64,000 nucleotides of DNA from the human T2T-CHM13v2.0 reference genome, Homo sapiens. Positions 14,380-27,551 of the stretch are shown piece by piece. Position 1 is the first letter of the stretch; each line of letters opens with the position of its first letter. The position numbers and the translations under genes are program-made. The DNA is taken from the NCBI RefSeq assembly GCF_009914755.1, contig NC_060937.1. One strand, written 5' to 3'. Below the pieces are notes generated by a model. That model had not been told where the DNA came from, ran no database searches, and saw only the letters and a program-made list of their open reading frames with translations.

Positions 14380-15300
14380 TTATGCTTTAAAGAGGTTCTA
14401 TTTTGGTGTATTTTAGGTTTCATTTCAAGATTTAAGACTCCTTTTAGCATTTTTTGCAGTGCTGGCTTGGTAGTAACAAATTCTCTCAACATTTGTTTGT
14501 TTGAAAAATACTTTTTCTCTCCTTCATTTATGAAGCTTAGTTTCACGAGATATAAAATTCTTGACTGTTATTGTTTTGTTTAAGGGGGCTAAATATAGGA
14601 CCCCATCCCTTCTGTCCTGTAGGGTTTCTGCTGAGAAATCTGTTGTCAATCTGATAGCTTTTCCTTTATAGGTTACCTGCTGCTTTTGCCTCACAGCTCT
14701 TAAGATTATTTCTTTCATCTTAACTTTAGATAACCTGATGGCTATGTGCATAGGTGATGATCTTTTTGTGATGAATTTTCCAGGTGTTCTTTGAGCTTCT
14801 TGTATTTGGATGTCTAGATCTCTAGCAAGGCCAGGGAAGTTTTCCCTGAGTATTCCCTCAAATAAGTTTTCCAAACATTTAGATTTCTTTTCTTCCTCAG
14901 GAAGGCCAATTATTCTTATGCTTGGTTATTTAACAAAACCCCAAATTTCTTGGAGTCTGTTAATTTTTTAAAATTCTTTTTTCTTTGTCTTTTTTTTTCA
15001 GTTCATTTGAAAGCCTTGTCATTGAGCTCTGAAGTTCTTTATTCTACTTGTTTTATTCTATTGTTGAAACTTTTCAGTTTATTTTGTATTTTTCTAAGTG
15101 TGTCTTTCATTTCCAGAAATTGTGATTGTCTTTGCTTTATGATACATGTTTCTCTGGAGACTTTTTCATCCATATACTGTATTGTTTTCAAAATTTCTTG
15201 AAGTTGGTTTTCACCTTATTCTGGTGCCTCCTTGAATAGCTTAATAACCAACCTTCCAATTTTTTTTTTTTTTGGCAATTCAGAGATTTCTTCTTGGTTT
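14380..15300 (-). pseudogene. Disrupted L1 ORF1 remnant
   Basis: ENLFEGILRENFPGLARDLDIQIQEAQRTP...IRLTTDFSAETLQ and KLSFINEGEKKYF are ORF1p-like. Confidence 0.85.
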
Positions 15301-16662
15301 GGATCCACAGCTGGAGAGCTAGTGTGATCTTTTGGGGGTACTATACAACTTGTTTTGTCATATTACCAGAATTACTTTTTTGGTTTCTTTTCATTTGGGT
15401 AGACTGTTTCAGTGGAAAGATCTGGACATCAAGGGCTGCTATTCAGATTCTCTTGTCCCACATGGTGGTGCTCTCTTGATGTGTGCCCTCCCCCTTCCTC
15501 TAGGGATAGGGCTTCTTGAGAGCCAGATTGCAGTGATTGCTAATGCCCTTCTGGGTCTAGACACCCAGTGGGGCTACTGGGCTCCAGGCTGGTGCTGCAG
15601 AATGTCTGCAAAAAGTTCTGTGCTGTGATTTGTCTTCAGGTCTCCCAATTCTGGATAACAGCCCCTGCTCTGGTGGAGGTGGCAGGGGAGTGAAGTGAAC
15701 TCTGGGATTTTTTGGTTGTTGTAATGTGATGGTTTTCTCAAATGCTGGTTATGCTAGCAGTGAAATTTTCACAGGGACAGACTCAGGACCTCTGGTTAGC
15801 CAGGATGTTGCAGGCAGTGGAATTAGCTGTTGTTTTCTCCTTCTATGAAGCAGGGTTGTTCTCTTATGAGTTGCTGTAATGGCTTGAGTTGGTTGGCCCC
15901 AGCCAGGAGGTGGCACTCTCAAGAGAGCACAAGCTACAGTTGTAGAAGGGGGCTACCACCTTGCCCTATGTTGGCCAGGATAAGTACTCGGGTTTCTCAG
16001 GTGATGGGCAGGGACATAGAGCTCCCAAGAGTTTATGTCTTTTGTCTTCGGCTACCAGGGCAGGTAGAGAAAAACTTTCAAAGGGTCTGTGAATTCTTTC
16101 AGTCTCCCTAGTATGTCCTTGGAACAGAAGTTCACAATGTGAATCTCCAGACGCTGATCTGTTTGTCTAAATGGGAGCTGCATGTTAGTCCTGTCTCCTC
16201 TCTGGTGTTTTTTCTCTCCTACCTGAAAGGTACGGAGTTTCAGTGTGGGATGATGGAAAGTGCTGGAGTGGATATTGGTGATGTCTGCACAACAATGGGA
16301 ATGAATTTAATGCCACTGAGTTGTACATTTGAAAATCATTGAAATGGCACATTTTAGTTATGTATATCTTACCACAATAAAACATCAGTTAAAAGAATTT
16401 TATTTATAGACCAAATATGTCTGTGTTCTATTTATAACTCCTAGTATGTTAGGAATCACCCCAAGTACATGTTCCTAGGATTAATGCTTTCTAAAATAAT
16501 CCTGTGGTCTGGTACGTATTCTCAAGGAAGGGATTCCTGTTGAACCCAGCTTGAGGAATTATTTGCTGTCTACTGCTCAGTGTCTGTTGACTGGAACGCT
16601 GGAGACGATGCAGCACACATTGGCCCCTGTGGTGCTCACATGATTTCCTTGTGCTTTCCTCG

Positions 16663-17059
16663 GGTGGGATGCAGCATGGGAGTGCCGGGGTGTGGAGTGC
16701 AGCGTGTGAGTGCCGGGGTGTGGGGTGCAGCGTGGGAGTGCCGGGGTGTGGGGTGCAGCGTGGGAGTGCCGGGGTGTGGGGTGCAGCGTGGGAGTGCCGG
16801 GGTGTGGGATGCAGCGTGTGAGTGCCGGGGTGTGGAGTGCAGCATGGGAGTGCCGGGGTGTGGGGTGCAGCGTGTGAGTGCCGGGGTGTGGGGTGCAGCG
16901 TGTGAGTGCCGGGGTGTGGGGTGCAGCGTGGGAGTGCCGGGGTGTGGGGTGCAGCGTGGGAGTGCCGGGGTGTGGGGTGCAGCGTGTGAGTGCCGGGGTG
17001 TGGGGTGCAGCGTGGGAGTGCCGGGGTGTGGGGTGCAGCGTGGGAGTGCCGGGGTGTGG
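16663..17059. repeat. G-rich minisatellite, 28-bp unit, ~14 copies
   Basis: Unit GTGGGAGTGCCGGGGTGTGGGGTGCAGC repeats every 28 nt from 16676 to 17040. Confidence 0.97.
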
Positions 17060-17713
17060 AGGAGCAGCTGGTGTTTCACGTTGCTGAACTAAAACCTTGG
17101 TTGCACTCAGCATTCAGATTCTGGGGACACTGTGGTGACCTGACACAGGGTAGCATAGAGATGGCATTGCCCTCAGCCTGCTAGCAGCAGGAGGGTCGGG
17201 GTCCATCCTCAGCATGTGCGGGCTGCCCCTCGTCCGCAGCGGGAATCAAACTGACGCTGCATATCTCTTAACAGTTTCAGATTTTGCCTCGTCCCATGTT
17301 TGGATGTGATGATTTGGGTTGGCTCTGGCCACTGGCAATACCCTGAGTTATTAGAAAATGTAAGGAGCTGTTCCTCATCCCTGTTTCCTGTGTCCTTAAC
17401 CTTTCTCTGTTTTTAGTTTCTCAGCATTCAAGGGCTGAGCCAGTGCTCTTTAGTGAAGGACTTCTACTTTGTGGATATGAACAATTTCTCCCCATTTCTC
17501 TTTCCCATCTTGTCTCTAACGTGGAGGGAAGGGAGTGATGTTTGTCCACAGCACCTTTGGCAACTATCATGACATGTTTGCGAGCGTCACCTTCTTGTGC
17601 TAGACTCATAGCCATGATGCATATTTGGCATATTTGGTGCTCAATAAATGACCTCACATAGACACACAGCAACATGTGAAAAGCCAGTAGGAAGGAAGAT
17701 CGACTGCCTCATA

Positions 17714-17930
17714 CAAGGTCAGCAAACCTTTCTGTAAAGGGACAGAGAGTAAATATTTTTGGCTCTGTGGCCATATGGTCTCTGTCACAAATACTCAACT
17801 CTGCCAGTTAGAAAGCAGCCATGGACAAGAGGCAGGTGAACGGGCATGGCTGTTTCAATCATCTTTATTTATAAAAAAAAAAAAAATGTGGGCCAACCTG
17901 GCCTTCAACCTGTAGCTTTCCAGCCTAGTA
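17714..17930 (+). mobile_element. MER58A-like (hAT-Charlie)
   Basis: CAAGGTCAGCAAACCTTTCTGTAAAGGG..AGTAAATATTTT..ACTCAACTCTGCC..GGGCATGGCTGT. Confidence 0.8.
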
Positions 17931-18544
17931 TAACCTTTTCTTTAGCTATTCTCTTTTGTTTAGTCTTAGAGTTCATGACTATGTCGAAAAAGTCTTTGAG
18001 ACCAGGAATAAAATTTAAGGAAAAATATGCTAATCACGTTATTTCCAAATTATAGGTAAAATAAGTACAAATAATAGCAGATTACAGTGGGACTAGTTTA
18101 GTGAAAGACTAGAGGACATATAATAGAGGCACATGTAAAAATTATAGATAATAGTGTCAACTTTCATAACTTAAAGTGAAAAATTTCTTTTACCATGTTT
18201 ACTTTGCAGGCAGAAAAATAACATTAGTAAGGAATAATTGCTATTTCTTTTTGGTTATTTTTCTCTCATTCATATTAACTTTTCCTAAATTTCAAAACTG
18301 TTAGGCTCAATATCTCATAATCTGTATGAGGAGAATATTTTTGTATCATCTGCTCTGAAAAACTAAACTGATTATATTCTCTACTAAACACCTGCTCATA
18401 TCCTGTTAATGTCTCTAAGCAGAGGAAGAAATGGTTGCTCTAAACAGGTGACAAAGCCCTGATTTTGCACACGTAAAGATTTCCTTGCTTCCCACATGAT
18501 GGGCATCTTTCCACTCATGGTAAGCCATCATTGTCTTCTTAGTT

Positions 18545-19412
18545 TATATTCACTGATTCAGTATTTCCTGAGTACCTGCTATGAGCCAAGCACTGCTCAT
18601 AAGTTTTCTGTGCTTCAGCAAATCAGTGAGCAAAAGAGACAAAGATCTCCATCCTCAAGGTGCTTGTTTTTCACAGGGAGGGGCAGGTAATCAACAATAA
18701 ACACAATAAAGTGGGCAGTACAGAGTGGTAAAAGTGAACAGAATTATGGAGAACAGTAGGACAGAGTGATGAGAGTGCAGAGCGCTGTGCTGTGTGTGTC
18801 TGGGTGGGGGAGGTTTCAGGGTTAAGCAGGGTGATCAGAGCAGTGGGTAGACCCCCTGAAAAGATGAAGCTTGAGACAAAATTTGAAAAAGATAAAGAAA
18901 TAGATCATGGCTATCTGAGAGAAGAGACTTCCAAATGGAGAGCAGATAGAGCAAGGATCACGAGACAGGTGCTTGCCACTTGCATCCATGGATGAGCATG
19001 GAGTCTGGCATGGCTGCAGCAGTGAGGGAGGGTGGAGCTTTCAGAGGGGAGGCTGGACTGGTATTGGGTCCAGACCATGGATGGCCTCAGAGCCCACCAG
19101 CTCAGAAGTGGGAAGTGATTGCAGGGTGCTGGGCAGAAGTGTGTCTAAAAGGAAGTCTCAAAGAATGCTTCTGACTGCTGTGCTCAGAGTAGACTGCAGG
19201 GGTCAGGGGTAGAAACAGTGGAGTCTGTGAGAGGCTTGTGCAACCTCCCAGTGAAAGATGATGGTGACTCCAACCAGGTTGTAGCATTGGAGGTGGTAAG
19301 AAAAGCCAGATTTTGGTAGATCTTGAAAGTAGGACAATCACATTTTCTGAGGGATTGGAGGCAGGGCGTGAGAGAAAGAATGATGCTCAGGATGATGCTC
19401 AGGTTTTTGGCC
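18545..19412 (-). mobile_element. L2 LINE 3' fragment
   Basis: TATTTCCTGAGTACCTGCTATGAGCCAAGCACTG tail region and L2 purine-rich body. Confidence 0.75.
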
Positions 19413-19869
19413 TCTTATATGTTAATAGAAATCCTCTCTATACAGAGATTTAAAAAGAAAATGCTGTTGAAGTGTTATCCAACAACAGCTACCCTTATAT
19501 TTGTATTGTAACTTTATACTGTCAGATGAAAATGCCAACAGAATGTCTCTTCTGGTCTGAGAAGAATAGCCACGTATAAAGCCTGTCTGCAGCTTACTGT
19601 TCTCTAGCAGAGGTTGTGCTTTTATGGATAGCTCACTGGCTTGCTTCCTAGCAGAGGCTCCTAGCTAGAGGGAGGACTCTAACTCTCATGGCGTGTGCTG
19701 CTTAGTCTTGAGACTAAGAATAAGGGTTTGGAGTATAATAATTAGTTCTTGGTTCTGTTCTGCTTGGAAAAAAAATTCAGAAAGCCTCTTGGTACCCACA
19801 ATGATGAAAATAGTCATTACTAATTGTATTCGTGGGCACCCAAGGCATAAACATGTACAAGGCACTTAA

Positions 19870-20090
19870 TAATAACACCATCATCACATCGATTTTTATG
19901 ATTCTCGGGCTTACCCTGGGCCACACACTTTGTTGGGAGCTCCACACATTGTCTTTCAACCCCTCGCGGCACCTTGAAAGCTATAATCCTTTTGTAACAC
20001 ATGAAGTGTCTGAAATGCAGAAAGGTTACTGGACTTGTTTAAGTCCAAATAGATACTGAAGAGTGGGGCTGGGGCTCCCTTGACTCCAGA
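19870..20090 (-). mobile_element. MIR fragment
   Basis: Degenerate MIR core (CATGAAGTGTCTGAAATGCAGAAAGGTTA..ACTTG..TGACTCCAG). Confidence 0.5.
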
Positions 20091-20601
20091 CTTGCCTGCC
20101 TCCAATGTCAGCGTCCTTCTGATTTTCCTGCCTCCAAAACTCAGGGATTTAGATGAATGATGTATTCATAGCATGCTAACTCAACAAACACATTGATTTA
20201 GTGTTTTCTACGTGTTAGAAACTGACTTAGCTTGACATTGGAGGATAAAAGATAGATTGATTGGTTGATCAAATGGTTTTTGAATGCTTATTATATGCCA
20301 GAGGTGTGCAATACTATAGAAAGATAAAGATGAATGGTCCTTTGTCTTAAGAAGGAACCACCATTTCTTGGATGTCCTGGATGGTGGTGTTTAAATACTA
20401 CAGGACAAGAAGCAGAAGAAACCTAAATGGGAAGCCTTCTGTTTGAAAACCCTTCCTTATTTAGGCATTTCAAAAATGTATTAATCTAAGAAACTTGGTA
20501 TCTTTTGAATTGCAAAGTGGACAATCATATTTCAAGAATGATTTGAGGCAGGCTTAGCTTAGGTACAAGTTATAATTATTATAATTTGTACATAAGCTAA
20601 G

Positions 20602-20964
20602 TGTATTAGTTTGTTCTCATACTGCTAATAAAGACATACCTGGGACTGGGTAATTTACAAAGGAAGGAGGTTTAATTGGCTCACAGTTCCACATGGCTGA
20701 GGAGGCCTCACAATCATGGCAGAAAGTGAAGAGGAAGAAGGACACATCTTACATGGCAGCAGGCAACAGAGAGCTTGTGCAGGGAAATTCCCCTCTATAA
20801 AACCATCAGATCTCATGAGACTTATTCACTACCACGGGAACACTATGGGAGGAAATGGCCCCCATGATTCAATTATCTCCACCTGGCCCCGCCAGGTGGC
20901 TAATGTGCGGGGATTATTACAATTCAAGGTGAGAATTGGGTGGGAACACAGCCAAACAATATCA
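20602..20964 (-). mobile_element. THE1D-like solo LTR
   Basis: TGTATTAGT...ACAGCCAAACAATATCA; perfect TSD CTAAG (20597-20601, 20965-20969). Confidence 0.95.
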
Positions 20965-21656
20965 CTAAGCCTACCTCAAACCATTTGTAAAATATTCTTG
21001 AAATATAATTAGTTTTCTAATGTACTCTCATTCAAGTTCTTGTTTGCCTCTGAAACTCACCAGTAGATATGTAAGAAATAGTATTCAAATCACGTGAGGC
21101 TCTGACCATATCATTTCAAAACACGCTCATCTCTACTTGAGAACATGACTCCAGCGCCATCTCTTCTGAGATCCTTCTTGCTGATTTTACTTAAATTAGA
21201 TGCCTTCGCATACCTGCCACATCACTTTACACTGTTAGATTTTTTCATAGCTTTGTCACTGCCAGAAATTATCACCTACCTGTCTGTTCATTTATTGCTT
21301 TGTTTTGACAAAGTGTTTGATTTATGCAATATAACATTTAAGTGAAAAGAGACTCAATGTTCATCAATAGAGTTTAAAATTTCCAATCTATATGACATTA
21401 TCAATAGCTTTTTTATATTAAAATACATTTTATATTAAACATACTTGTATTCACAGATGACCCAAATTGTTGGAACTAAAATTTACATTTATATAAACTC
21501 ATCATTGATCTAAATACAATATGGATATGAATTTATATGTACTTTAATGTCATCAATATTAATGTGAATTTCAAATAAAAATCCATAAAATTGTTAAACA
21601 TGGAGGAGACAGATATAAAGATATAAATGCTGTCTAGGGGAACAGCATTTCAGATG

Positions 21657-22082
21657 GAGGAACAGGCAAGGAGAGAAGCTTGGAGTGTGGTGAGGAACAG
21701 GCTTGGAGAGAAGCTTGGAGTGTGGTGAGGAACAGGCAAGGAGAGAAGCTTGGAGTGTGGTGAGGAACAGGCAAGGAGAGAAGCTTGGAGTGTGGTGAGG
21801 AACAGGCAAGGAGAGAAGCTTGGAGTGTGGTGAGGAACAGGCTTGGAGAGAAGCTTGGAGTGTGGTGAGGAACAGGCAAGGAGAGAAGCTTGGAGTGTGG
21901 TGAGGAACAGGCAAGGAGAGAAGCTTGGAGTGTGGTGAGGAACAGGCAAGGAGAGAAGCTTGGAGTGTGGTGAGGAACAGGCAAGGAGAGGAGCTTGGAG
22001 TGTGGTGAGGAACAGGCAAGGAGAGGAGCTTGGAGTGTGGTGAGGAACAGGCAAGGAGAGGAGCTTGGATTGTGGTGAGGAA
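21657..22082. repeat. Minisatellite, 35-bp unit, 12 copies, L2-derived
   Basis: Unit GAGGAACAGGCAAGGAGAGAAGCTTGGAGTGTGGT every 35 nt from 21657 to 22042. Confidence 0.97.
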
Positions 22083-23544
22083 TGAAGAGCATTTGAAATA
22101 CTCACAGAAGGTCAATGTGACGCAGATGCGGTAAGCCAGGCAGAGTGTGGCAGGAGATAAAAATAGAAAGATAAACAAGAGCCAGATAATACAGGGCTTT
22201 GTGGAACATAGTAAGGAGTTTGAATTTTATCCAAGAGGAATGGGAAGCTACTGGAAGGCTTAACCAAAGAATGACTTGCTTTTATTTATACCTAAAATAG
22301 ATTATTGTGTTTCCTCTGTGGAAAAGGGATTATAAGTGGGCAAAAACAGAAACAGTTAAGAAGTCATTACAGTACTTGAGGAAATGGTTCATGAGTTAGA
22401 CTGGGTGGTGCAATGGTGTGAGAGAGAAGAGGGTGGATTCAGCTGGTGAGCTGATTGTGGGAAGTGAGGGGGAAACAATGGGACTTCTAGACTTTTGGCT
22501 GAAGCAACTGGGTGGATAGTTCTATTTTCTTGGATTTAATGTTTTGGATGTGTTAAGTTTCAGAGGCTTATTAGGAATCTATGGCTAGTCAGGACTAGAA
22601 AATATAAATTTGGAACTCATGCACTTAGGGATGATAGTATTTGAAAGCATGACCCAACTTAGCTTAAGTAGAGATAGGGAGGATAGAGAGAGAAGGGAGG
22701 AGGCCCAGGACAAACATCAGGGTTTAGAAGTCTGGCAGAGAAGCCGAAGCCCTCAGAGAAGACTGAGGAGTAGCCAGAGAAGCAAGGGGATTGACAGGAG
22801 AAGGTGGCAGGGAAGCTGATAGAAGGAAATGCCTCAACAAGCATTCTCAGGTCTGTCGGCTGCTGCTGAAAGAAAACGAATCACCATATTCGGCAGAAAG
22901 AAAGAAAATGAATCACCATGTTTGGAAACATGAAGGCCACTGGTGGCGATGATAAAAGGAGCTTTATGGGAGTGGTGGGGAAGGACACTGACAAGAATGG
23001 GAGGAAGAGAATGAAATTCAAGGGAGTGGAAATGAGGAAAAGAGCTAGAAAGACACTGGCTCAGGGCAGGGTTTCAGAGGGAAGGATATCTTGGAGTTGG
23101 TTAGTGTGTTGGTGAGAATTCTCTTGTGTGGATGACATGATGGTGCAGAGGAGAGAGCGGAAAACAGCTGAAGCACAAAGCCTTTGTGCCTTGAGAGCTG
23201 GTGAGGTCCCGAGTGCTGGGGGAGGTGTTGCCTTGAGACAGGAATGGGAACACCTTGACGTTGCTTCCATCCTCTTGGAAGGTTGGAGTTGGTGGAGGGG
23301 AGATGGAATTCCTCTATCTCTTCTCTATAGAGAAGGAAGAAGAAGAAATATTGGAGGCTTCAGCAGCATAAAGAAAGTGTGAAATACTTGGATGTCTTGG
23401 ATACTGGAGTTTTGTTTAGAAGGGAAGTGTAGCAGAACCTCTGGATGGTGATAAGTATGTGTTTCAGATTTGTGACCTTGAGTTTAGAGTGTGGACAGTC
23501 ACTATGGCTTTGTGATTTTCTTCAGCTACTGGCTGATGGTGCAG

Positions 23545-24075
23545 TGAAATAGAATTGTAAATGGGACCTCAAGCTCTCCGGAGGAAATGGGCTCCTGGTG
23601 ACTAATGGAGACACCCAAATTTAGATAACAGATTCAAGCGGCCATAGGGGGTGGTGAGAGGAGAACCATCTCTTCACAAACATCCTACTTCATGTGCTTT
23701 CTGTGACCAGAGCCAAGAAAAACAGTGGCTAGACTCCTCACCTCCACCCCATTGGCCATTTTAAAAGAAAACACCTGACAAAGGCACTTCTAATGTTGGG
23801 ATGGGAAGCCACCCAGTCAGGGCTTGGCTATCTCAACCAATAAGAACTGAACACACGTGAATCCTACATTTGCATAAACAGACGTGACAGAGAACCTGGG
23901 AGAAAACTTTTCCTATTTGAGCCATAAACCCTTCCTTTGTTCTTCGGTGCACACACTTTCATTTGTGCTTCCCCAGTCTGCGGGAGTTTTTTTTGTCTTT
24001 TTTTTTTTTTGACTGTTTTATAGAGAACAAAGCTCTTCCTTTTTCCTCTGCAGATTTCATGATCTTTTGTTAACA
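23545..24075 (+). mobile_element. ERV1-type solo LTR (MER67-like, tentative)
   Basis: TG...CA termini (TGAAATAG...TTTTGTTAACA), CCAAT, CATAAA; interrupts L2; no clean TSD. Confidence 0.6.
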
Positions 24076-24356
24076 GCGCTGAGTAGGTGAATAGTTGGTT
24101 TGAATAGGTTATTGCTTTGCTGTGTGAATTCAATGGAAACAAAGTTTGTGGTTATAGTTTATCAAATTGAATAACGTGATTATAATGATGGGCCCTGGAC
24201 CCCAAAGTGGGAAAGTTCAAAGTAAGACCAGGAGGGGATGACAGATAATAAAAACATTTTAAGGTCAATGGATTTGTGGTTTACAATGTTGAAAATGGTT
24301 GGAGTAGGCAGCACAGAGTAAGTGAGCTGGAAAGATAAGGCTTAGTAGGAGAATGA

Positions 24357-24791
<435 letters not shown>

Positions 24792-25439
24792 TGAGAGCTC
24801 ACTGCTCAGTGGATTATCTACACGCAAGCTGAAGTCACTGAAAATGGTAACAAGAGTAGGTAGAGATGAAGATGGAGCCAGCCGCTGAAGTCCGTGGTGG
24901 ATGAAGGAAAGAACGTGGGGGGTCTGAAGATGGCAGGGAAACGCAGGTGGTGTAGTCAGATGGCGTGTGCTCCAAAGGAATTGGAGGCTTTTGGAGGAGA
25001 AAGAAGGAGATATCGTGTGAATACAGCAGTGGGAGTAAGGGCGTGCTTGCCCCACCTGCAGGCCATGGCTTATGTACAATATGGGAGGAAAAACATTCCT
25101 GTGGAGAAGGAGGCTGGGAAAGTCATGCTCGCTGATAGCTAGGGGTGAAGAGAATTTTTAAAGAGGAACTACAGTATGCAAGAGAGGATTTAGGGAGCTG
25201 ATATATACGAGCAGGATGCAGAGGAAAAGTTTGGGAAAATGGGATAGGGTGAGAAATTATAGAATGCACAGGAAGTGATGGAGAGGAGTTAGAAAATGGT
25301 CAAATGACTTTGAAAATCCAATCATTTCAAAGCACATAGCCTTCTGTGCTAAGGAGAAACACACAACTGCTTTGCTAAGTCAGGCATGGCAACATTAACT
25401 GTCCTCTGCTGCCCCTTCCCCTGTCTGCCTTAAACTCAG

Positions 25440-25850
25440 AAGCCCCATTCTCCTGAGCTTTGGTTGGGCATATGGCTGCCTGCTGGAGACTGCATATCCC
25501 AGCCTCCCCAGTGAAAAAGCTAGACCATGTATCTAAGTCCCCCAGCAGTGAAAGGCCCTTAAAAGGAGGGATTTGGGGCTCGGTTTCTCTTCTCATAGGA
25601 TTAAGCATGGGTGTGGTGGGGAGTCAGTATCGACGGCATGGACGATTAGAACATCCCGAGGAAAGCCAGTGCAATGTCAAGGGTATCAGAGCCCTAGATG
25701 ACTTCATGCAGCGGAGCTGCTTACCTGCCCTGAGCCGCCTGCCTGCTTCTCGAAATTGTGAAAGATCAATCGGGTCTACTTCATTAGGCCCTAAACACTA
25801 CATCTCATGTCCAGGTTCTGGCTTTGAACGTATTTGAACATATGCTAATA
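25440..25850. mobile_element. Old MaLR LTR (MLT1J/K-like, tentative)
   Basis: GGGCATATGGCTGCC..ACTGCATATCCCAGCCTCCC..GATGACTTCATGCAGCGGAGCTGC resembles MLT1J. Confidence 0.4.
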
Positions 25851-27021
25851 GCCAGTCTCATTACGTCACTTTATAGGATCACATAAATCACCATTTCAGA
25901 CCCTAGAATATTCCTGGTCGAGGTCAGGACACATTTGAAAATGTGGGAAAGGCTGTATAATAGCCTTCAGGTTTTTATGACTTCTTTACTACCTGAGGGA
26001 TTAGTCAACAAATTTCGTAATAAATCCACAGATATTTGAATCAACAAAAAGTACTGACAAGTGTCATGTAATTTTCCTCATGTTTTTGAGGGTTACATGG
26101 CAGGTGCTGTTTGTATCATGTACTCTTCAGCTCCTTTTTAGGGGAACAGCATGCTAGCATTTCTGCGTTTTGGGGTGAGGCCTGCTGTCGTCACCCTGGT
26201 GCGAGCACATGAAGTGAACTGGACACCTAAGAGTGTGGTTTTCCTCTCTGTGCCAGCGGCTCGGATTCCCTCCCTCACCTGCAGGCTGAGCAGGTCGGCT
26301 TGTCCATCATTCTGCTTTTTAAGTGAATCAGAGGGCAAAAGTTCCCTTTCCCTGGAGCAGTTGAGCCATCTCTTTTGATTCAGTTGTGCAAGTCTCCAGC
26401 CTCAGTGAGGGCTGTAAAAGGCAATCATGCAAAGTGTCTGGTTCTTTAAGGGAATAGTATTCGTCAGATTTCTGACTTTTTTGAGATGCTGTTGGTGGAG
26501 AAATACTTTCTGATGCTTCAAATGCAACATCTTTTATGCAGTTCAGTAAGAAAAAATCTTCCTCAATCCTCATTTTTACAAACATGTCCATTTGATTTGT
26601 TACTTTGCATGGTTACATTATTTTTGTGTAATAATTACTGTGGCTCTTAATAACAAGGTTAATTATCACTAGCAAGTTAATGTGTTCCACCAGGAGCACT
26701 TTTTTTTTACCCTGTCTTCCTGTTATGTGGTAGTTTTTCTGTTTCTTCCAGTAGAAGCTTCAGTGAGTCTGCATGCATGCACAATAAAGGGTTGTACGAG
26801 CAGTGTTTTGGGCAAGACAGGCCTGGAGAGCTTTGTCCCATGCCAGTGCCATGGGGCCCAATGAAAGCCTGGCCTGGGTCTTAATTAAGGACAGAGACAT
26901 GGAGCACCATCCAAGGGGAGAGAACAAATCTGTTCCTTCACAGCAGATCCTATTTGCAAGTGCCACTCTCTCTGCCTGAAATTCTCTTCTCTCAACTTTC
27001 CATCAGTTTCCTGAGAGTTTT

Positions 27022-27550
27022 CTTTTTTTTTAAGAAAAAAAAAAAAAACTTCGTTGAGATATAATTCACATTCCATACAACTCACCCACTTAAACTGTAT
27101 GACTCAATGGTTTTCAATATATTCACAAGTAGGTGCAAACATCACCACAGTCAATTTTAGAACATTTTTATCACCTCAAAAAGAAACCTAGAACTCTTTC
27201 CAAATGGCCCCATCTTCTCATCCCCATGGCTAAGAAACCATTTACCTCCTTTCTGTCTCTGTGGACCCCTCCATTCTGGATTTTCATGTGAACGGAATCA
27301 TAGAGTATGTGGTCTTTTGTGACTGACGTCTTTCACCTACCACGATGTTATTAAGGTTCAAGCATGTTGTAGGATGTATTAGTACTTCATTATCTTTTAT
27401 GGCTGAATGAGGTTTCATTATGCAGATAGACCTTATTTTGCTTATCCATTCAGCTATTGAAAATCTGGCTTTTGTGAACAATGCTGCTATGAACATGGAC
27501 ATGAAAATGCCTCTTCAAGATCCTACTTTCAATTATTTGGAACATATGGG
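27022..27550 (-). mobile_element. L1MB-like 3' end
   Basis: TTGAGATATAATTCACA..CACCACAGTCAATTTTAGAACATTTT..AATGCTGCTATGAACAT. Confidence 0.85.
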
Positions 27551-27551
27551 T

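Noticed and set aside
16577-17113. Long ORFs (147-178 aa) on both strands
   Set aside because: Read-through of the stop-free 28-bp minisatellite; periodic peptide, no gene context.
21594-22178. Three overlapping 151-194 aa minus-strand ORFs
   Set aside because: All frames are open because of the 35-bp VNTR.
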